64,000 nucleotides of DNA. Source: the human T2T-CHM13v2.0 reference genome, Homo sapiens. The stretch lies in the NCBI RefSeq assembly GCF_009914755.1, contig NC_060937.1. One strand, given 5' to 3'. Shown here piece by piece: positions 29,430 through 43,862 of the stretch; within the stretch, counting starts at the first letter, position 1; every line of letters starts with the position of its first letter. Under the pieces are notes generated by a model, which had not been told where the DNA came from, made no database searches, and saw nothing but the letters and a program-made list of their open reading frames with translations. The translations under genes and the position numbers were made by a program.

Positions 29430-30290
29430 AATCCCAGAGAGTATGTTTTTCTCCTTGTCTCTCTACATATTTGTTTCACACATATCCATGAATTTATAAA
29501 AAATTATCATTTTACGACTGCTGTATATACAGGGTTCTGCCCATCTAACTCTTTACATATCATCACTGTTTAGGTATGTACAATACATCTCAATTTAATA
29601 TGTTCAAAGTAAAGATTTTACTCCTCTCCAATCTCTTTCCTTACCTAAGCATTCACAACTCAATTAATGGCATGAAATTTCTCCCATCTATATTCATCCC
29701 TGAATCTAGTGGTTATTCTCAACTCTTCTATTTTTTATAACTTTTATTCAAATATCACCAAGTCCTGTTTACTTTAAAAAAATTCCAAATGTGACCACCT
29801 TTCACCAACTATTATCGTCATACTCCAAATCCATTTTCATGTCATCTACACTCTACTTATTCTTTGTATTTTCTACATCTTATCCCTTCATAGCCATTAT
29901 AATCATAATTATGATTTTTGCTCAAAACCATCAAACCTTTTACAAAATAAAATTTAAAATCTTTCTCAAAGACTGTACATTCTTACATGATATAACCCTA
30001 TTGATCTTTTTGTTTTTTCTTATTTTTTTTCCTAATGCAACTCTCATTTTCACACATTCTTCCCCAGATACACTGACTCTTGCTGAACTAGAAAAATGTC
30101 AAACTCATGAGTGCTTTATATCCTTTGCCTTTGCATTTACTGTGGAGACTTCTGAAATTGTCTCACCAAAATATGTCATGGCTCTTTTTGTCATTTTAAC
30201 TATGTCTTTTCTTAGAGACTTTGTAGTTCATCCTATATAACTTGACACCCTGCCCATACAAAATCTCTTTTTTCTTTTTTCCCTGCTATT
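29430..30290 (+). mobile_element. L2 fragment, highly diverged
   Basis: catctcaatttaatatgttcaaagtaaa, caccaagtcctg, tttgcctttgcatttactg resemble the L2 3' region. Confidence 0.55.
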
Positions 30291-30537
30291 ATGAAAATAA
30301 AGAGAACAAATGTATATGTTAGGTTGGAAGCTCTGTAAAATTTGCACACAAGATCAAATGGAGAAGCACACATATGGCCCATAACAAGTCACAGCATTTC
30401 TTAGTGCCATATATCTTATCAAAATATTATATGCATGTATAATGTAATATCACAGCCAACGTTTTTAAAACATATATGCAGAACAAATATGCAGAGATAT
30501 ATTGATAGCTTGTACAAGTTATAGGGGTTCTCTTACT

Positions 30538-30912
30538 ATTTATTTTATTTTATTGTGGTAACAACACTTAACGAAGATCTAATCTTAAACTTTTAAGCTT
30601 ACAATACTGTATTGTTGATAACATAGGCGGGATGTTGCAGAGCAGATCTCTAGATTTTGTTAATCTTGCTTTACTGAAACTTCCTGCCCCTTGATTAGTA
30701 ACTCCCCATTTTCACCTTCTTCCAGCCTCTGGTAACCACCACTCCACTCTGGTCCTATGAATCTGACTGTTTGAGATAGTTCATGTAAGTGGAATTATGC
30801 AGTATTTGTCTTTCTGTGCCTGGCCTATTTTACGTAGCATATGGTCCTTCAAAGTTCATTTATATTATCACATATTACAAAATTTCCATAATTTTTAAGG
30901 TTTAAAAGTGTT
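30538..30912 (-). mobile_element. L1MA9/10-like 3' end
   Basis: gagcagatctctaga...ccagcctctggtaaccacc...catgtaagtggaattatgcagtatttgtctttctgtgcctggc. Confidence 0.85.
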
Positions 30913-30914
30913 CT

Positions 30915-31135
30915 GGCTGGGCATGGTGTCTCTAGTCCCAGCACTTTGAGAGGAGGCAGATTGCTGGAATGCAGGAGTTCGAGACTAGCCTGCACAACAT
31001 AGTGAAAGCCCGTTTCTACAAAAAATACAAAATTAGCTGGGCATAGTGGTGCATGCCTGTAGTCCCAGGTACCCAGAGCACCGAGGCAGGAGGATCACTT
31101 GAGCTCAGGAGTTCCAGACTGCAGTGAACCATTAT
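30915..31135 (+). mobile_element. AluJ-like, 3'-truncated
   Basis: Left monomer plus right monomer to ggaggatcacttgagctcaggagttccagactgcagtgaaccat; no tail. Confidence 0.88.
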
Positions 31136-31136
31136 T

Positions 31137-31273
31137 CTATTTTTTGTATTTTTAGTAGAGGTGGGGTTTTGCCATGTTGCCCAGACTGGTCTAGAACTCC
31201 TCAGCTCAGGCAATCTGCCCACCTCGGCCTCCTAAAATGATAGGATTATAGGCGTGAGCCACTGCGCCCGGCC
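31137..31273 (-). mobile_element. Alu left monomer only
   Basis: ttttgtatttttagtagag...ggcgtgagccactgcgcccggcc. Confidence 0.9.
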
Positions 31274-32290
31274 TTGTGCTTGGCTCCTTTAATTCAGCAA
31301 AATGAGTCTGAGATTAACTCACGTTGTTATATGTATCAGAAGTTCATTTCTATCTCTTGATAAGTAGCATTTCAAAATATGGGCATATAAGTATTGTTTG
31401 TCCTTTCACTTGTTGATAGATTGTTGGGACATGTCAGGTTTTGGCTTTTGGAAATAAAACTGTTGTGAATATTTGAGTACAAGTCTTTGTACAAATACAG
31501 GCTTTTGATTCCTTTTTAAATAACAAAAAGTGAAATGGCGAAATGAAAAACAACTGTACAATGTTGTACCACAGTTGTTTCACTTAGTTCCTTACCTTGA
31601 ATTATGCACGTCTTTTCAATTTTAGCAACTCCAATGAGTATGTAATGATAGCTTATGGTTATTTTAATTTGCATTTCCCTGATGTTGACAATCTATTTTT
31701 TCTGTCTATTGGGTATTTTTTTCATAAGCTTTTTCAACATGTTTGGTAATATTTCATTGTGTTACTTGTATTCTCATTATTGGTTAATTATTTTAGAAAT
31801 TACATATGCATTAATAATCAGATGCATGTATTGCTAATAATTTCCTACTGCCATTTTTTCTTTTTAATAATATTATTTAAAGAACAATAGTTTTTGATGT
31901 TTATAAAGTTATAATTTGATACTTATATAAGAATCATATTTTATTTTACAGTTTCTTCTGCAAGTTTTGTGTTTTAGTTGTAATATTTGGGTTTATGGTC
32001 CATTTCAATTCATTTTGCTTATGATGTAAGATTATATTTATATTCTTTTTTGCCATAGAATCATCCAGTTTTTCCAGAATATTTTGTTTAAAGATTTTCC
32101 TTCCCCCATTATTTTGCTTTGACACTTTTGCTGAAAATCAATTGATCATAAATGTGCAGTTCTTTTTCTGGGCACTTTATCCTGTTTCATTCATCAAAAT
32201 GTCAATAATTTCACCATCACAGCACTGTCTTAATTGCTCTATAATTATAGTAAACTGGGAAATCATGTTGGTTAAGTCCTCATTTGTCAG
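31274..32290 (-). mobile_element. Old L1M ORF2 3' region
   Basis: ggttattttaatttgcatttccctgatg, atccagttttt, ttttgctgaaaatcaattgatcata, cactgtcttaattgct. Confidence 0.75.
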
Positions 32291-32779
32291 ATTAAGTCTT
32301 TTTAGAATTTAACTTTTTTTACAATAGTTTATTGTCATGATACGCACAGAATCAGATGCACATGCTTAGTCAATTTTATCATTTCAGATTTTTTTCTTTT
32401 TAATACAAGATTCTTTTCAAGTAGTATCATTTTTGCAGGCTATTAATGACAACAATTTCTATTCACTTGCACAAGTCTGTGACCTCTATTGGTCTAACTT
32501 AGTAGTATAGTCTTGGGTAAGGCAGTGACCTGATCCTACATTATGATCCTTAGCTACAGTCCGACACTCTCTAGAAATATAGTTCAGTTAACTTTGGGGT
32601 AATTTATTCTATGGCAAACCTCCTTGCCTAACATTGAGCCCATATCATGAGTTACCTAGTTCTATGGCTAGTTATTATTCTGTCATCATTATGTCATATC
32701 TCCACTGGAACTGTCCTCTTCTCTGACATGAAGTCCCATCAGGAAATTAGATATTTTTATCAGATAGTTAATAACATAA

Positions 32780-33365
32780 GCAAGGTTTTTGCAAACTAGG
32801 TTCCACAGGCCCAATCTAGATCACTGTAGTTTATAAAATATTTTATTGGAATACAGCCATGCTCATTCATTTATGAATTTTCTATGGCTGCTTTCACACT
32901 ACAATGGCAAAGTTGAGTTACTTCAATAAACATCATATAGCCTGTGATATGGGTTGGCTCTGTGTCCCCACCCAAATCTCATATCGAATTGTAATCTCCA
33001 CGTGTTGAGGGAGGGACCTGGTGAGAAGTGATTGGATCATTGGAGCAGTTTCACCTACGCTGTTCTCATTATGGTGGGTGAGTTCTCATGAGATCTGATG
33101 GTTTAAAAGTGTGGCACCTCCCCCGTCATTCTCTCTCTCCTGCTCTGCCACTGTAAAGATGTGTGTGCTTCCCCTTCACCTTCTGCCATGATTGTGAAGT
33201 TTCCTGAGGCCTTCAAAATATGCTTTCTATTCAGCCTGTGGAACTGTGAGTCATTTAAACCTTTTTTAAAATAAATTACCCAGTCTCAGGTAGTTCTTTA
33301 TAACAGACTAATACAGCCTGTAAAGCTTTAAATATTTACTGTCATAATCTTCACAGGAAAATTAA
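32780..33365 (+). mobile_element. MER58A interrupted by an MST LTR
   Basis: ttttattggaatacagccatgctcattcattta...tctatggctgctttcacactacaatggc resumes at gcctgtaaagctttaaatatttact. Confidence 0.8.
32945..33315 (+). mobile_element. MSTA-like solo LTR
   Basis: tgatatgggttggctctgtgtccccacccaaatctc...aacagactaataca; perfect TSD gcctg (32940-32944 and 33316-33320). Confidence 0.93.
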
Positions 33366-34486
33366 AAATTTTCATCCATGATTGACATCAGGAAGTCATT
33401 TCTGTATCCAAAAATGATGATGCTTTTGTAGCCAGCTGAGACTTCAGGGGCCCAGCTAGACTTGTGATTGCACTATTATTCCATTTTATGATAGAACTTT
33501 CTGGTACTTACCCTACCTTTAATATCTTAGTTCAGAGAAAACTCTTGCAAGATAGATATGTCTGGGCAAATCATCTATCTCCACTAGGGCCCTATAACAA
33601 ACCAGTAATTTTTTCTCAAAATGTATATATTATTCAATGGCTGGATAAAAAGTTTAAGTTCAGAAATTAAAAGTCAAGAGAATTCCAAGAAAGTTTAATT
33701 GTCAGAGACTCCAGTAAGATGTAAAATCAGTCATAGAAACTTGCAGTTCTAATATGTGTGAAAGACACAGGGATGGAAAGCTTAGGCCTGCCTGCTTTAC
33801 AGCTACTTGGAAGCTTCCTGTTTTGGATACTACTACTCACTAGAGGCCTGCCTGGTAAGATGCTATAAGGACTCTCATAAAATTCTTAAATGTGAGATGT
33901 GTTCTTTTTAATACCATGGAGAACTATCAAGTGTTGTAAAAAATCAATAAACCGTTATCAACATCTCAAAAAAATAGATTGAGTTTGTGAGTGGAAAGCC
34001 TAAGGAATGGTGTTCCTAAATAGAGTTGAGAATTGAAAAACAAAAATACCAATATTTGGAAAATATCCATGTTTATGACTAAAAATTTATTTTCATATTT
34101 GGTTGTATATCTCTTAGATTAAATATGTTAATTAGGTGATTAAAGTCTAGATTCTTACAAATTTTGTCTGTTTTACTTACTAGTTTTTGAGGAATATTAT
34201 TAAAGTATTATATTTAGATGGTATGTCAATTGCTCCATATAGTATTTGTTCTTTGACCCTTATGTTTTTGAGTCTATAGTTTTTCATGAACATAAACATT
34301 TCTGAATAGTTCTGATAAAAGAACATTAAAATAATAGTAATTATAACAATCTTTTAAACTCTGGTAAGATTTTGCCAAATATATTATAGGTTTCGGTTAT
34401 CAGTTCATTGCCTCTCAACTTCAAATGCATAATTTAATATATATACATAAGATATATTATTTATCTAAGTAAATAATAACATTTAT

Positions 34487-35356
<870 letters not shown>

Positions 35357-38300
35357 GAATTTGTATCAGAAGTGGTCCCAGGGGAAGAACTCAACAGAGG
35401 AAATTTAGATATGGTTTGTTCGTGCCTTTTGGGCTTGCCTGCAATTCTGAATTACATGCCAATTAGAAATGGAATATAAGATGAGTAAACTGTGGCATAC
35501 AATGGCATCACAAGTAAGCCTGCAATCACTTGTTGTTGATTTTGATGAAGTGCCAATTCAACCACTGGCCTTGGGAGCTCAACTGGCTTCTGAAACTTGA
35601 TCATTGTGAGTGACTGTGACTGTAAAGACCCTGATGTGGGTGATATTATTTGAGTGTACTTGAGTGTTAAAAAAGAAAATGACAAGCTAATGTCTTTAAC
35701 TTTCGTCTCAAGTTATAGTCTGAGAAAGAAACAATTTCCATAACAGCTCTAAAAGAGTCTCTTGTTTTTTGAATCTACAGATTTGATATTGCTAAAAAGG
35801 TAAACAATATTTAATTGTATGAGTTGCCAAATTACAATGAGAATTACATTCATAGCCTTTTTGGTTTTTCATGCCAAAGTTAGGTCATTACTTGGGAAGA
35901 AGTGAATTGTGAATTATGAAATGGGTACAGCTGGCTGGATCAAGAAGCAACTGGTAATCTTGAACACCCAAATATTTCTGAGATTTTTTTACTAGTAAAA
36001 GTAGTTTTTCTTTCTGTGTCCAAAACAACTAGACTTTCTCAGCTTGAAAATCTTGTGATAGTCTCAATTGGTGTACATATCATGAAAAGAAATGCTCATT
36101 CTCCTCAGGATCCACCATAAATAACCTCCATTTCTGGTAGAATATAAATAGGATCAAATCTAAGCATGGTTCAAGATTCAGGTACACACTATGAGAAATA
36201 AATAACTTCTATACAAAAGAATTTCAGAACCCTGTGTATTATTTCATTTTCATGCTGCTGTAAAGAAAACATACCTGAGACTGGGAAAATAAAAAGGTTT
36301 AATTGGACTTACAGTTTCACATGGCTGGGGAGGTCTCAGAATCATGGTGGGAAGTGAAAGGCACTTCTTACGTGGTGGTGGCGAGAGAAAATGAGGAAGG
36401 AGCAAAAGTGGAAACCCCTAATAAACCCATCACATCTTGTGATACTTATGCAGTATCATGAGAATAGCATGGGAAAGCGCAGCCCCCATGATTCAATTAC
36501 CTCCCTTGGGTCCCTCCCACAACATCTGGGAATTCTGGGAGGTACAATTCAAGTTAAGATTTGAGTGGGGACAGAGCCAAACCATATCATTCTGCCCAAG
36601 GCCCCTCCAAATCTGATGTCCTCATGTTTCAAAAACGAATCATGCCTTATCAACAGTCCCTCAAAGTCTTAACTCGTTTCAGCATCAACTCAAAAGTCTT
36701 CAGTGTGAAGTCTCATCTGAGATAAGGCAAGTCCCTTCCACCTGTGAGCCTGTATTATCAAATGCAAGCTAGTTACTTCCTAGATACAACTGGGGTACAG
36801 GTATTGGGTAAATACGGCCATTCCAAATGGGAGAAATTGGCCCAAACAAAGGGGTTACAGGCCCCATACATGTCCAACAACCAGCAAGACAGTCAAATTT
36901 TAAAGCTCCAAAATGATCAACTTTGACTCCAGGGTTCTCACATCCAGGTCACACTGATGCAAGAGGTGGGTTCCCATAGTCTTGGGCAGCTCTGCCCCTG
37001 TGGCTTTGCAGGATATAGCCCCCTTCCCGGCTGCTTTCACAGGCTAGTGTTGAGTATCTGTGACTTTCCCAGGTGCACAGTGCAAGCTTTCGGTCAAACT
37101 ACAGTTCTGGGGTCTGGATGACGGTGGCCCTCTGCTCACAGCTCCACTAGGCAGTGCACAAGTAGGGATTCTGTGTGGGGGCTCCAACCCCACATTTCGC
37201 TTCTGCACTGCCCTAGCAGAGTTTCTCCATGAGGGCCCCACCCTGCAGCAAACTTTTGCTTGGGCATCCAGGCATTTCCATACACTTTCCAACATCTAGG
37301 TGGAGGTTCCCAAACCTCAATATTTGACTTGGGTGCACCCACAGTCTCAACACCACATGGAAGCTGCCAAGGATTGGGGCTTTCGCTCTCCGACACCATG
37401 GGCTGAGCTGTACCTTGGCCCCTATTAGCAACAGCTGGAATAGCTGGGACAAACGGCATCAAATCCCTAGGCTGCACACAGCATGGGGACCCTTGGCCTC
37501 GCCCACAGTACTATTTTTTTCTTCTAGGCTTCTGGGTACGTGATGGGAGGGGCTGCCATGAAGACCCATGGCATGCTCTGGAGACATTTTCCCCATCGTC
37601 TTGGTGATTAACATGCAGCTCCTTGTTACTTATGCAAATTTCTTCAGCCAGCTTGAATTTCTCCTCAAAAAAATTGATTTTCTTTTTGACTGCATCATCA
37701 GGCTGCAAATTTTCTGAACTTTTATGCTCTGTTTCCCTTTTAAAATGGAATGCTTTTAACAGCTCCTAAATCACCTTTTGAATGCTTTTTTGCTTAGCAA
37801 ATTCTTCAGCCAGATACCCTAAATCATCTCTCACAAGTTCAAAGTTCCACAAATCTCTAGGGCAGGAGCAAAACGTCACCTGTCCCTTTGCTAAAATATA
37901 ACAAAAGTCACTTTTGCTCCAGTTCCCAACAAGTTTCTCATCTACATCTGAGACCACCTCAGCCTGGACCTTACTGTTCATATCACTATCAGCATTTTTG
38001 TCAAAGTCATTGAACAAGTATCTAGGAGGTTCCAAACTTTCCCACATTTTCCCGTCTTCTTCTGAGCCCTCCAAACTGTTCCAAACTTTGCCTGTTACCC
38101 AGTTCCAGAGTCACTTCCACATTTTCAGGAATCTTTTCAGCAACATCCCACTACTGGTACCAATTTACTGTATTAGTTCATTTTTATGCTGCTGATAAAA
38201 ACATACCTGAGACTGGGAAGAAAAAGAGGTTTAATTGGACTTACAGTTCCACATGGCTGGGGAGGCGTCAGAATCATGGCGGGAGGACAAAGGAACTTCT

Positions 38301-38930
38301 TACATGGTGGCAGAAGAGAAAATGAGGAAGAAGCAAAAGTGGAAACCCCTGATAAACCCACCAGATCTCCTGAGACTTATTCGGTATCACAAGAACAGAA
38401 CAGGAAGGACCAACTCCCATGATTCAATTACCTCCCCCATGGGTCCCAATGGAATTCTGGGAGATACAATTCAAGTTGAGATTTTGATGGGAACACAGCC
38501 AAACCATATCACCCTGGTAATACATATCACCAAATACCTGAGGAACATGTGTAGTAATGGACTCTAATGGTGTTAAAACAAGGAGGGTGTAATATAACAC
38601 TGAAACAAGCAAATTCATTGATACATGTGTATTTCTCAGTGATTTCTGTTTAATGTATTATTTTGTATAGCTGAAGGTGCCTCTAATCACTTGTTTGTTT
38701 GACTGAAACTTTTATGCATTGCTGGCCTACATTTAGAGAATTTTGAATGCCATTGCTTAGCTGGCATGACAAGAAGGAGAGAATTGAAAATGTTAGATAG
38801 GAAAGTTGGAGTGGATTTATCATATGTGACATACATACCCACTTCTTCCCCAACTACGTACCATAACAAGGTACAAAAGATACTTCATTTACTAAGAGAT
38901 TGAGAAATACACTAGAGGGCAACAACTCCT
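35357..38930 (+). mobile_element. ERVL internal (gag-like) remnant hosting a THE1 provirus
   Basis: aaaagaaaatgacaagct, gccaaagttaggtcattacttgggaagaagtg; resumes after 38516 with gaggaacatgtg...tttattgatac-like ERVL sequence. Confidence 0.62.
36235..38511 (-). mobile_element. Full THE1 (THE1C-like) MaLR provirus: LTR 36235-36589, internal 36590-38168, LTR 38169-38511
   Basis: Two direct LTRs, typical MaLR internal ORF remnants (MEGSEEDGKMWESLEPPR...), perfect TSD ccctg (36230-36234 and 38512-38516). Confidence 0.96.
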
Positions 38931-40765
38931 TTATATTTCAGCAACAATATAGGATAACCTGGCTTTCTTTGGATCTGAAATAATAATTTAGAATTCGTCA
39001 GTGCTGTATTTGGTTCTTCCCAAATCTCCTTTATTCTTTAACATTATTCCTATGTGCTGCTAACAGTTTTGTCTTTCAATATTATTTCTTTAAATATATA
39101 ACATGTATTTATTTTAACTATAAAATCCAATAATTGCTTCATGGTTTAAAATTTACTTCTGTTATTTTTAGTGGTTTTTATTTGTACATAATGTGGTGTT
39201 TCTTCTTGCACTAAGAGATTTTTGACTGTGCATTCTTTACATTCCACTGGGCTTTATATCTCTTCAAGACCACAGAATAAAGTTGCTTTCCTCATGAGAA
39301 TATTGACTTCTGCTTCAGCAATTTGCCTGAGGCATGACTAATATGAGAGTACATTAAACTAAATTAAATTCTCTGCTTGAATCTTTGTGGACCACACAGC
39401 ATGGATTTGGGCTACAAAAGTATCTGGTGTCTTGCTATGGTTATGAATTCTTAGGAATGATTTTGTTTTATCTCTAACCAAATTAAAGTGGAGAGAAACA
39501 AGCATCTCTGTGTCCCTTTCTGTGTATTGAGTTTGATTTCTGGTATACCCTTTTACCATTCTAATATTTGTAGTAATCTCCTATGAGATTATACAACTGA
39601 GACAGATCCTAACTGGTAGCCCCTCTTCCTAGCACTCTGTGAATCAGAAAGCAAAAGCTCAAATTTTTATTTTGTAGACAAACTCAGGAAAAAACAATGT
39701 GTAGCTGATTATTTCACAGGCTTTCTATTATTTTTGTTAAGTATCAGCCCAGTAATACATGCAAAATGGTTTAGTTTCATACAAAATTTTATTGTTTAAG
39801 CTAGAAGGAAGATTCAGTCTCCTGTTGCCAAGAACAGTAGTTAATAATACAAACACTTTATCAGATTTCCAAAATGAAGTATACTGCTTAAAAGTTATTT
39901 CAAAAACCCAGCAGGCATTTCTAATAACAACTGTAAGTAAAAGATAAATAAAAAGAAAAAACAAACATTAAACATATTTTTACTCTACATAAGCAGATAT
40001 CATTTTAAATGGTGAAAAATTAATAGATAAATTCTGAAACACATACAACCAACCAAGACTGACCCATGAAGAAATCCAAAACTCGAAGAGATCCATAACC
40101 AGTATTAAGATTGATGCTATAGTAAAAAGTCTGTCAGCAAAGAAAAGCTTGGGACCCGATGGCTTCAGTGCTGGATTCTACCAAACATTTAAAGATGAAA
40201 TAATACCAATCATACTCAAACTATTCCAAAAATAGAGGAGGAGAGAGTACTTCTAAATTCATTCTATGAGGCCAGTATTACCTTATATCAAAACCAGGAA
40301 AAGACATGGCAGATAAAAGCCACAGGCCAATATCTCTGATGAATATTGTTGCAAAATCCTCAACAAAATACTAGAAAACCAAATTCTACTATAAATTAGA
40401 AAGATAATTCATCATGACCAAGTAGGATTTATCCCTGGGATGCAAGGATGGCTCAACATACACAAATCAATTAATGTGATACAGTATATTAACAGAATGA
40501 AGGACAAAACATCTTCTGATCATTTCAACTAATGCTGAAAAAACACTTGATAAAATGTAACCTCTCTTCATTATAAACACTCTAAAAGAACTGGGTATAG
40601 AAGGAACATACCTCAACACAATGAAAGCCATATATAACAGACCCACAGCTAGTATATCATACTGATGCAGAAAAACTGAAAGCCTTTCTCCTCTGATATG
40701 TGGAACAAGACAACATAGTACTTGAACTATTAGCTAAAACAATCAGGCAAGAGAAAGAAAGAAAG

Positions 40766-41509
40766 TTCTCAGCATCACCAAATATCAGAGAAATTCAAAT
40801 CAAAACCACAATAAGATACCATCTCACACCAATCAGAATGGCTATTATTAAAAAGTCAAAAAGCTGCAGAGAAAGCAGAATGCATATACACTGTTGGTGG
40901 GAATGTCAGTTAGTCCAGCCAATGTAGAAAGTATTCCAGAGATTTCTCAAAGAACTTAAAACAGAGCTATCCTTAGACCCAGCAATCGCATTACTGGGTA
41001 TATACCACCACTCCCCCCAAAATAAATCATTCTATCAAAGAAACACATACACTTGTACATTCATTGCTATGCTATTCACAATAGTAAAGACATGAAATAA
41101 ACCCAGGTGCCCATCAATGGAAGATTGGGTAAAGTAAACATGAAGCATATGCACCATGGAATACTACATAGCCATAAAAAATAATAAAGTCATGTTCTTT
41201 GCAGTAACATGGATGGAGCTGAAGGCCATAATCTTAAGCAAATTAATGCAGGAACAAAAAACCAAATACTGTGTATTCTCACTGATAAGTGGGACCTAAG
41301 CATTGGGCACATATGAACATAAATATGGGAACAATAGGCATTGTAGACTACTAGAAGGTGGGAGGAGTGGGTAAAAAACTATCAATCAGGTTCTATGCTC
41401 ACTACCAGGTTGACAGAATTCATACTCCAAATGTCAACATCAGACAATATTCCCATGTAATATATCTGCACATGTACCACCCTGTATCTAAAACTTGAAA
41501 TTAAAAAAA
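40766..41509 (+). mobile_element. 5'-truncated L1 (L1PA16/17 or L1PB4-like) 3' end
   Basis: atcagagaaattcaaatcaaaaccacaataagataccatctcacacc...ctgcacatgtacc...tctaaaacttgaaattaaaaaaa. Confidence 0.85.
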
Positions 41510-41552
41510 GGGGGTCATCCAAATTGCAAAAAAAAAAAAAAGTCAAATTATT

Positions 41553-43862
41553 TGTATTAGTCTGCTCTCATGCTGCTAATGAAGACATAACCAAGACTGG
41601 GTAATTTATAAAGGAAAGATATTTAATAGGGTCACAATTTCACAGGGCTGGGAGGACTCAGGAAGCTTACAATCATGGCAGAAGGGGAAGCAAACATGTC
41701 CTCCTTCACATGGCACCAGGAAGAAGAATGATCAAAGAGGGGAAAAGACCCTTATAAAACCATCAGATCACGTGAGAACTCACTATCACAAGAACAGCAT
41801 GGCATAAATCACCTCCATGATTCAATTACCTCCCACCAGGTCCCTCCTAAAACATGCGAGTACTATGGGTACTACAATTTAAGATGAGATTTGGGTGGCT
41901 ACACAAAGCCTAACCATTCAAAATCTCATGTTCTCACATTTTAAAGCACAATCATGCCTTTCTAACAGTCCTCCAAAGCCTTAACGCATTACAGCATTAA
42001 CTCAAAAGTCCAGGTCCAAAGTCTTATCTGAGATGAGGCAAATTCCTTTACCTATGAGCCTGTAAAATCTAAAACAAGTTAGTTATTTCCTAGATACAAT
42101 GAGAGTACAGGCATTGAGTAAATACATCTCTTCCAAATAGGAGAAATTGGCCAAAATGAAAGGGCTACAGGCCCCATGAAAGTCTGAAATATAGTGGGGT
42201 AGTCAAACCATAAAGCTCTGAAATGATGTCCTTTGACTCCATGTCTCACAATCAGGTCATGCTGATGCAAGAGGTGGGCTCCCACAACTTGGGGCAGCTC
42301 CATACCTGTGGCTTTGCAGCGTACAGCCTCCCTTGAGGCTGCTTTCATGGGCTGGTGTTGAGTACCTGTGGCTTTTCCAAGTGGATGGTGCAAGCTGTTG
42401 GTGGATCTACCATTCTTGGGCCTGGAGGATGGTGGCCCTCTTCTCACAGCTCCACTAGGCACTGCCCCATTGATGACTCTGTAGGGGGGCTCCTACTTCA
42501 CATTTCCTTTCTGTACTACCCTAGCAGAGGGTCTCCATGAGGGCCCTGCCCCTGCAGCAAACTTCGGCCTGGACATCCAAAAGTTTCCGTATGTCTAAAA
42601 TCTAGGGGGAGGTTCCCAAAACTCAATTCTTGACTTCTGTACACCGGCAGTCCCAACACCACATGGAAGCTGCCAAAGCTTGGGGCTTGTACTCTTTAAA
42701 GCAATGATCTGAGTTGTGCATTGGTCCTTTTTAGCTACAGCTGCAGAGGTTGAGACACAGGGCATCAAGTCCTTAGGATTCACGGAGCTTGGGGGCCCTG
42801 GACACGGCCCAGAAAACCATGTTTTCCCTCCTAGGCCTCCAGGCCAGTCATGGGAGGGGCTGCTGCAAAGGTCTCTGACATGTTCTGGAGACATTTTTCC
42901 CATTGTCTTGGTGACTTACATTAGGCTCCTTGTTACCTATGGAAATTTTTGCAGCAGGCTTGAATTTCTCCCCAGAAAATGGGGCGTCCTTTTCTATCAC
43001 ATTGTCAGGCTTTAAATTTTCCAAACCTTTAGCTCTGCTTTCTCTTGAATGCTTCACTGCTTAGAAATTTATTCCACTAGATGCCATAAATCAAATCTCT
43101 CAAGTTCAAAGTTCCACAGATCTCTAGGGCATGGGTAACATGTCACTAGTCTCTTTGCCTAACAAGAGTGACCCTTACTCCAGTTCCCAAAATGTTCCTC
43201 ATCTCCATCTGAGACCACCTCAACTTGGACTTCATTGCCACATCACTATCAGCATTTTGGTCAAAGCTATTCAACAAGTCTCTAGGAAGTTCCAAACTTT
43301 CCCACATCTTCCTGTCTTTTAAGCCTTCCAAGTCTCTAGGAAGTTCCAAACTTTCTCACATTTTCCTGTCTTCTTCTGAGCCCTCCAGACTGTTCCAACA
43401 TTTGCTTGTTACCCAGTTCCAAAGTGGCTTCCACATTTTTGGGTATTTTTATAGAAGCACCCCAGTGTCTGTGGTACCAATTTACTGTATTAGTCTGTTC
43501 TCATGCTGCTAATAAAGACATACTCAAGACTGGGTAATTTATAGAGGAAAGAGGTTTAATTGACTTACAGTTCTGCATAGCTGGGAAGGCCTCAGGAAAC
43601 TTACAATCATGGCAGAAAGAGAAGCAAACACTACCTTCTTCACATGGTAGCAGGAAGGAGAAGAATGAATGAAGAGAGGAAAAGTCCCTTAGAAAACCAT
43701 CAGATCTCATGAGAACTTACTCACTTTCACAAAAACAGTCTGGTGGAAATCGCCTCCATAATTCAATTACCTCCCACTAGGTCCCTCCCATGACACGTGG
43801 CGATTATGGGAACTACAATTCAAGACGAGATTTGGGTGGGGACACAAAGCCTAACCATATCA
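41553..43862 (-). mobile_element. Full THE1 (THE1D-like) MaLR provirus: LTR ~41553-41917, internal, LTR 43486-43862
   Basis: Two LTRs, MaLR internal sequence, perfect TSD ttatt (41548-41552 and 43863-43867). Confidence 0.96.

Noticed and set aside
29791-30240. Longest ORF (149 aa, hydrophobic)
   Set aside because: GTG start, lies in a T-rich decayed L2; composition explains both the hydrophobicity and the lack of stops.
38250-38266. PRDM9 hotspot motif in THE1 LTRs
   Set aside because: The site reads CCTCCCCAGCCAT on the minus strand, not the CCTCCCTNNCCAC form; the other THE1 LTRs I checked also mismatch.
36744-43710. Dense overlapping ORFs suggesting a gene cluster
   Set aside because: All fall within THE1 LTR/internal or L1 sequence and are fragmented.
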